From Paramicrosporidium saccamoebae KSL3 (lineage: Eukaryota; Fungi; Cryptomycota), in the NCBI GenBank assembly GCA_002794465.1, contig MTSL01000065.1, forward strand, positions 225,253-257,252: a DNA stretch of 32,000 nucleotides. The letters run 5' to 3'. The notes under the pieces are model-generated. The model had not been told where the DNA came from and searched no databases. It saw nothing but the letters and a program-made list of their open reading frames with translations. Both the position numbers and the translations under genes were made by a program. Shown here one piece after another: positions 28,452 to 32,000 of the stretch (position 1 is its first letter; the number at the start of each line of letters is the position of its first letter).

Positions 28452-30638
28452 TTATTCAAGATTTGCAACGGCAAGATCTATACGTCGCATCAAAAGATTG
28501 GGATTTGAAACGGGAAGGGTATCAATGTTGCTGCGTAAGAACTGCTTCAAGAACAGCCGCAATCCCGATCGCAAGTTGGTCAGTTCTTGCTGTCGAATCG
28601 CCAACTCGCTGTCATCCCCGTCGTCAGGGTTTTCGATTTCGTCTTCGGAACCAAATATATCCTCCTTCCTTTCCGCAGCCTTGCCGCCTGCAGTGACGTC
28701 TTTGAGTTTACTGATGGAGACAACAACCATAGTCTCGTCTCTGACTTTTTCGAAAAATACCGCGAACAAGGTCTGGAAGAAAATGACTCCCGTGTCGGAG
28801 AGCTGAGCAAAGGAAGCACGTTTTAAACAGGCCAGAGGTAGAGCACCTCGGGCAAACAGGAGTCCATAAAACTTGGCAATATGCAAAAGTTCACGGAGTT
28901 TTAGCTCATCGGCCTCGATCTGTTTTAAGCGATCCCACAAAGCATATTTGAACGTAATTACAAAGTTGTGTCGCAAATCGGCAAACTTGTTGGCCACAAG
29001 TGCGTAAAACGGATTGTATAGTTTTTCACTTGTGCAACAGTGCAAAAGAACATGGGCAATCTCTCGCTCTTGCCTACTAGGCAGCTTTAGAGAAATCAAG
29101 CGCTGGAAGGCATCGAGATAGTCGTCACTCGACATGAGCGTTGTAAAAATTATTCGGCGAACGTCTGTATTCATCTTTTGACGTTTGGCAATTTGCAGCA
29201 ACTCGTCTCCCCCAGACGCTGGAATATTCTTTGCTATTTCCTCTCGCTTTGTCTCTTCACCACCTTCTGGATTCCAGGCAGCACCAATTTTCCACCATTT
29301 CCCTTTCACCTTTACATCTCTAATATCCTTTAATCCAACAGCAAGGGGCTCCAGTTTCGCCTTGTTATTTGTCAGTAAAAAGTTGCGCAAGATTTTTTTT
29401 GCAGATTCAAGTTCGCCATGCTGAATAGCCACTAATTTCTGGCGATTGTTTTTGAGGTCCTGAATTGTCTCCACCATAAACTTGAATCGAGAAGTCTGAT
29501 TATTAACAGGAATGTCGATAATCCTGTCCATAATTTTCGAAATGATGGTTTTCAAAGATCCTGGATCATCTCGACGCAGTTGAGCGCCACAAGTACGAAT
29601 TAATTTCACCAAAATCTCTACATCCAACTCTTTCATTTGATCAACAGCTTCCTCAATGAGATTCAAAATGGGAATACTAGAGACAACTCGTAGGTCGTAC
29701 AAGAATGCAATCAAGGTGACACAATTTGCTATAATCTTCTCCGGCGGTACCAGGTCGGGATTGACTGGCCGGGCGATGATAAGTCTCTGCTCATCAATAA
29801 TAGCAACACATCTTTCCAGGATGGATCCAACCAGATCAATCCCAGTAAAGTGCGCCATCGCCGATATTAGAGCAGCAAATGTGGTCAGGAAACTATCCAG
29901 AAGATTCGCTTGTTTGGTGACAGAGTTCAAAATCGAGCTCACGACCAGCTCTGTGACTTCATGTCTGGAATATTGCTGGAATAAATCGACCAGCAGCTTG
30001 GCGATGCAGTCAAAGTTGCTCAAAGTGAGTCGATTTATGTGCCCGTGGATAATCTTCTGTAACTTTGCATTATCAACGCTTTCAGTAGCATCCTTAGTCA
30101 GACTTTTCACTTGTATAGCGTCATCATCAGACTCTGTTGATGATGCTTCACTGCGCGACGAATAAGCTTCATCCAAACTGGCCTCTGGCTCCCCTCGAAG
30201 ATAGTTCTCAGCCTCGCTATCTATTGACATTTCTTCCTCTTCCTGTTCAATATCTCCGTCCGACGAAGCAAAAAGACCGTTCATCTTGTCTTCATCAAAC
30301 TCTCCGTCAGATCCAAGAATCCCTGCGTCAAGAGCCCGATCGGCAAAGGCGAGCAGGGGATCATTATAAACCTCTGAATACTTTTCCACATTATGTGATA
30401 TAATAGACTGGCCTGGCTTGCGTCGCTTAGGAACATTCCTACTTGATTTGGTGATTTTTTCGACAGCAGGCGCCGTCTTCCGATCTGTGCCATAAATCTC
30501 TAGTTTCCTCTTACGCTCCTGCTGCTTCTTATGTGTCTTTCTTTGGATGAAATGGTGCGACTTTTTCTGCTTCTTGTCTATCCTCGCTTGCTTGCGAGCA
30601 GTCTTTCTGCTAACCGCCGTCGTGGTTGCAGGCTTCAT
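28452..30638 (-). CDS. NOM1: Nucleolar MIF4G/MA3 protein NOM1/Sgd1
   Basis: Basic N-terminus (SRKTARKQAR), MIF4G (IIHGHINRLTLSNF...RFKFMVETIQDLKNN) and MA3 (MNTDVRRIIFTTLMSSDDYLDAF...EREIAHVLLHCC...YNPFYALVA). Confidence 0.93.
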   Translation of the reverse strand: MKPATTTAVSRKTARKQARIDKKQKKSHHFIQRKTHKKQQERKRKLEIYGTDRKTAPAVEKITKSSRNVPKRRKPGQSIISHNVEKYSEVYNDPLLAFADRALDAGILGSDGEFDEDKMNGLFASSDGDIEQEEEEMSIDSEAENYLRGEPEASLDEAYSSRSEASSTESDDDAIQVKSLTKDATESVDNAKLQKIIHGHINRLTLSNFDCIAKLLVDLFQQYSRHEVTELVVSSILNSVTKQANLLDSFLTTFAALISAMAHFTGIDLVGSILERCVAIIDEQRLIIARPVNPDLVPPEKIIANCVTLIAFLYDLRVVSSIPILNLIEEAVDQMKELDVEILVKLIRTCGAQLRRDDPGSLKTIISKIMDRIIDIPVNNQTSRFKFMVETIQDLKNNRQKLVAIQHGELESAKKILRNFLLTNNKAKLEPLAVGLKDIRDVKVKGKWWKIGAAWNPEGGEETKREEIAKNIPASGGDELLQIAKRQKMNTDVRRIIFTTLMSSDDYLDAFQRLISLKLPSRQEREIAHVLLHCCTSEKLYNPFYALVANKFADLRHNFVITFKYALWDRLKQIEADELKLRELLHIAKFYGLLFARGALPLACLKRASFAQLSDTGVIFFQTLFAVFFEKVRDETMVVVSISKLKDVTAGGKAAERKEDIFGSEDEIENPDDGDDSELAIRQQELTNLRSGLRLFLKQFLRSNIDTLPVSNPNLLMRRIDLAVANLE

Positions 30639-30671
30639 AGGAAGGGTGGCCAGGGTCCCGAGAAGTCTGAA

Positions 30672-31814
30672 ATGGGTCGCAAGCGAGGTGCTCGAGAACT
30701 AGCAGCTGCTCTTGAGAGCGAACAAGCGTCAACGCCTGCACCTGTTAAAGCTACGCTGAATCTGCTGAATACGCCAGGAGGGGATATCGTGGATGACGGG
30801 CCAATAACGTACGATGGGTCTTCTGAGGTCTGTCTAGCTCGCCGTCTGGGAAGATCTGGCGACGACCTTAAGAATGAAATTTCTGGGTGTTTTGCTTTCG
30901 AGTCAGAGTTTCTTAAAGGATTATCTCTTGGCGATCAAGCTGATGCACTAGAGCTGTTTGAGAAGAAAACTTCCAGCGCCCTCATTCGTCAGCAGCAAGT
31001 TGAGGCCCAGATGGCTACGGCTTCTGAGGATCTCTGTAGCCTCGTGTCTGAATGTCTGGACTTGAAAATGCTGTCCCCTAGAATGGTTAGCATATTCCTG
31101 TCTAGAATAGAGTCTGGCAAAAACTTTTTCCCGGTCCCCATCTTGAACAGACTCTTTATAGAAGGCTATATTTCCGACGTGGCTCACCCAATCGTCCTTG
31201 AAAAAATTCTTGCACACCAGAACATTTACCTGATGTTCAACTACATGAACTATGTGGCGGATGTTCGAGAAGAGACGGTCGCACGACTGATCAGCTACTT
31301 TCTGGAACAAAAGACGGTCCAAGCGCCAGCTTTTCCTGCATTCACTGCATGCGAGTCTGTCATTCTCTCTTTGATGGCTTGGAACTTTAATGCGACGGTC
31401 ATAAAGTTTGCGGTAAAAAACTTGGATCTCGATAGCTGCGAGATCATCCTGCAGACTCTTGAGCGAGCCCTACGCGTGTACTCACAAGTACATGCAGAAG
31501 CTATTGCAGCTTGCCCCGGGACAGCAAACCCTTGCCAATTTCCCTCTCGGGCAAATGTGGTCAAGTGGATCGAAGCGATTATAGACTCCCAATATCCTCA
31601 CTTAATGTCACGATCACCGACCATTGAACTCGTCAACTCGCTTGGAAAACTTGTGTCTGAAGAGTGTGATCTAACAGAGCACCTTGTCAATATTCGTGCT
31701 GCGCTGTCCACAGTATCACATGTCGCGAAACGATATGGCAAGGATGGGAACAATAGAGTACCAGAGCCATATGTTTATACGAATTATACAGTAGAAATGA
31801 GTAACTTTTTGTGA
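30672..31814 (+). CDS. NOL11/Utp8-like helical C-terminal-domain protein
   Basis: Likely ATG is 30672, because upstream in-frame starts overlap NOM1. PSRANVVKWIEAIIDSQY...LVNSLGKLV and terminal YTVEMSNFL resemble the NOL11 C-terminus (PSLNQVMDWICLLLDANF...YSIEVLELF). Recognised by eye. Confidence 0.55.
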   Translation: MGRKRGARELAAALESEQASTPAPVKATLNLLNTPGGDIVDDGPITYDGSSEVCLARRLGRSGDDLKNEISGCFAFESEFLKGLSLGDQADALELFEKKTSSALIRQQQVEAQMATASEDLCSLVSECLDLKMLSPRMVSIFLSRIESGKNFFPVPILNRLFIEGYISDVAHPIVLEKILAHQNIYLMFNYMNYVADVREETVARLISYFLEQKTVQAPAFPAFTACESVILSLMAWNFNATVIKFAVKNLDLDSCEIILQTLERALRVYSQVHAEAIAACPGTANPCQFPSRANVVKWIEAIIDSQYPHLMSRSPTIELVNSLGKLVSEECDLTEHLVNIRAALSTVSHVAKRYGKDGNNRVPEPYVYTNYTVEMSNFL

Positions 31815-31860
31815 GGTTCAGAATAAAGACCTTTTACTAAGTTTAGTTGAAATATATACA

Positions 31861-32000
31861 TGTCGTACGTAGTGGAGGTGTCGCGCGGTGGGGATAATAC
31901 CACAGACGGAAAGGGGGGTTGTTTACTGCTAATCCTATAATAATATAGATACACATCTCACTGTCCTCAAGTACCCAGCAACTAATCAACCTCTACGTCA
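31861..32000. mobile_element. Solo-LTR-like element, third copy, truncated by the window end
   Basis: Starts TGTCGTACGTAG, with a second terminus-like TGTCGCGCGG at 31879. The core matches 16093-16170. The window ends at CTACGTCA, 2 nt short of the expected ...CACA end. Confidence 0.7.

Noticed and set aside
30531-30671. Longer N-terminus for the NOL11-like ORF, as in the ORF track
   Set aside because: It would overlap the first 108 nt of NOM1 on the opposite strand and reads as antisense-derived. ATG 30672 is more parsimonious.
269-31564. Numerous 60-190 aa ORFs antisense to or frame-shifted within identified genes (e.g. 546-941, 12416-12898, 13017-13490, 16585-17067, 24487-24909, 29656-30165)
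   Set aside because: They are fully nested in well-supported CDSs and have no recognisable motifs. They are best explained as shadow ORFs.
31829-31842. CCTTTTACTAA resembling U5 snRNA loop 1
   Set aside because: Mismatch in the invariant GCCUUUUAC, no supporting stem or Sm site, and it lies next to the AATAAA of the upstream gene's 3' UTR.

Overview
Gene-dense eukaryotic nuclear DNA. About 24 protein genes are packed with intergenic gaps mostly of 18-300 nt. I could resolve 23 tiny spliceosomal introns (28-39 nt; 22 GTA and 1 GTT donors; 21 TAG and 2 CAG acceptors). A Zn(II)2Cys6-like cluster, the compact layout and retained mitochondrial genes (SDHAF4, uL29m) suggest an early-diverging, compact-genome fungus or fungal relative (Rozellomycota-like); this taxonomic call is inference. 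Recognisable genes: V-ATPase B (5'-truncated), RPLP1, SMPD4-like, a KIN17-like C-terminal domain, a SWEET transporter, SRSF11-like, a Zn-cluster/Rrn10-like protein, RPL14, two tandem SAP-domain paralogs, OLA1, MTR4, TSR4/PDCD2L, RtcB, NOP12/RBM34, CCDC174, Glo3-type ArfGAP, SDHAF4, FRG1, MRPL47, NOM1/SGD1 and a NOL11-like protein, plus two orphans. The best non-genic signal is a family of three dispersed TG...CA elements (11367-11592 with a perfect 4-bp TSD, 16054-16226, 31861-end) that look like solo LTRs. One of them fills almost the whole region upstream of MTR4. Other notable points: four head-to-head gene pairs with start codons only 18-48 nt apart; an animal/archaeal-type RtcB in a fungal-like genome; an orphan with a PDS5-binding-like YSR motif and a perfect D-box; an unresolved splice or frameshift junction in the ArfGAP; and CpG-type transitions among repeat copies. 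I found no tRNA, rRNA, snRNA or CRISPR array that I can support, and no complete multi-gene novel system. All family assignments come from motif recognition by eye, not database searches.
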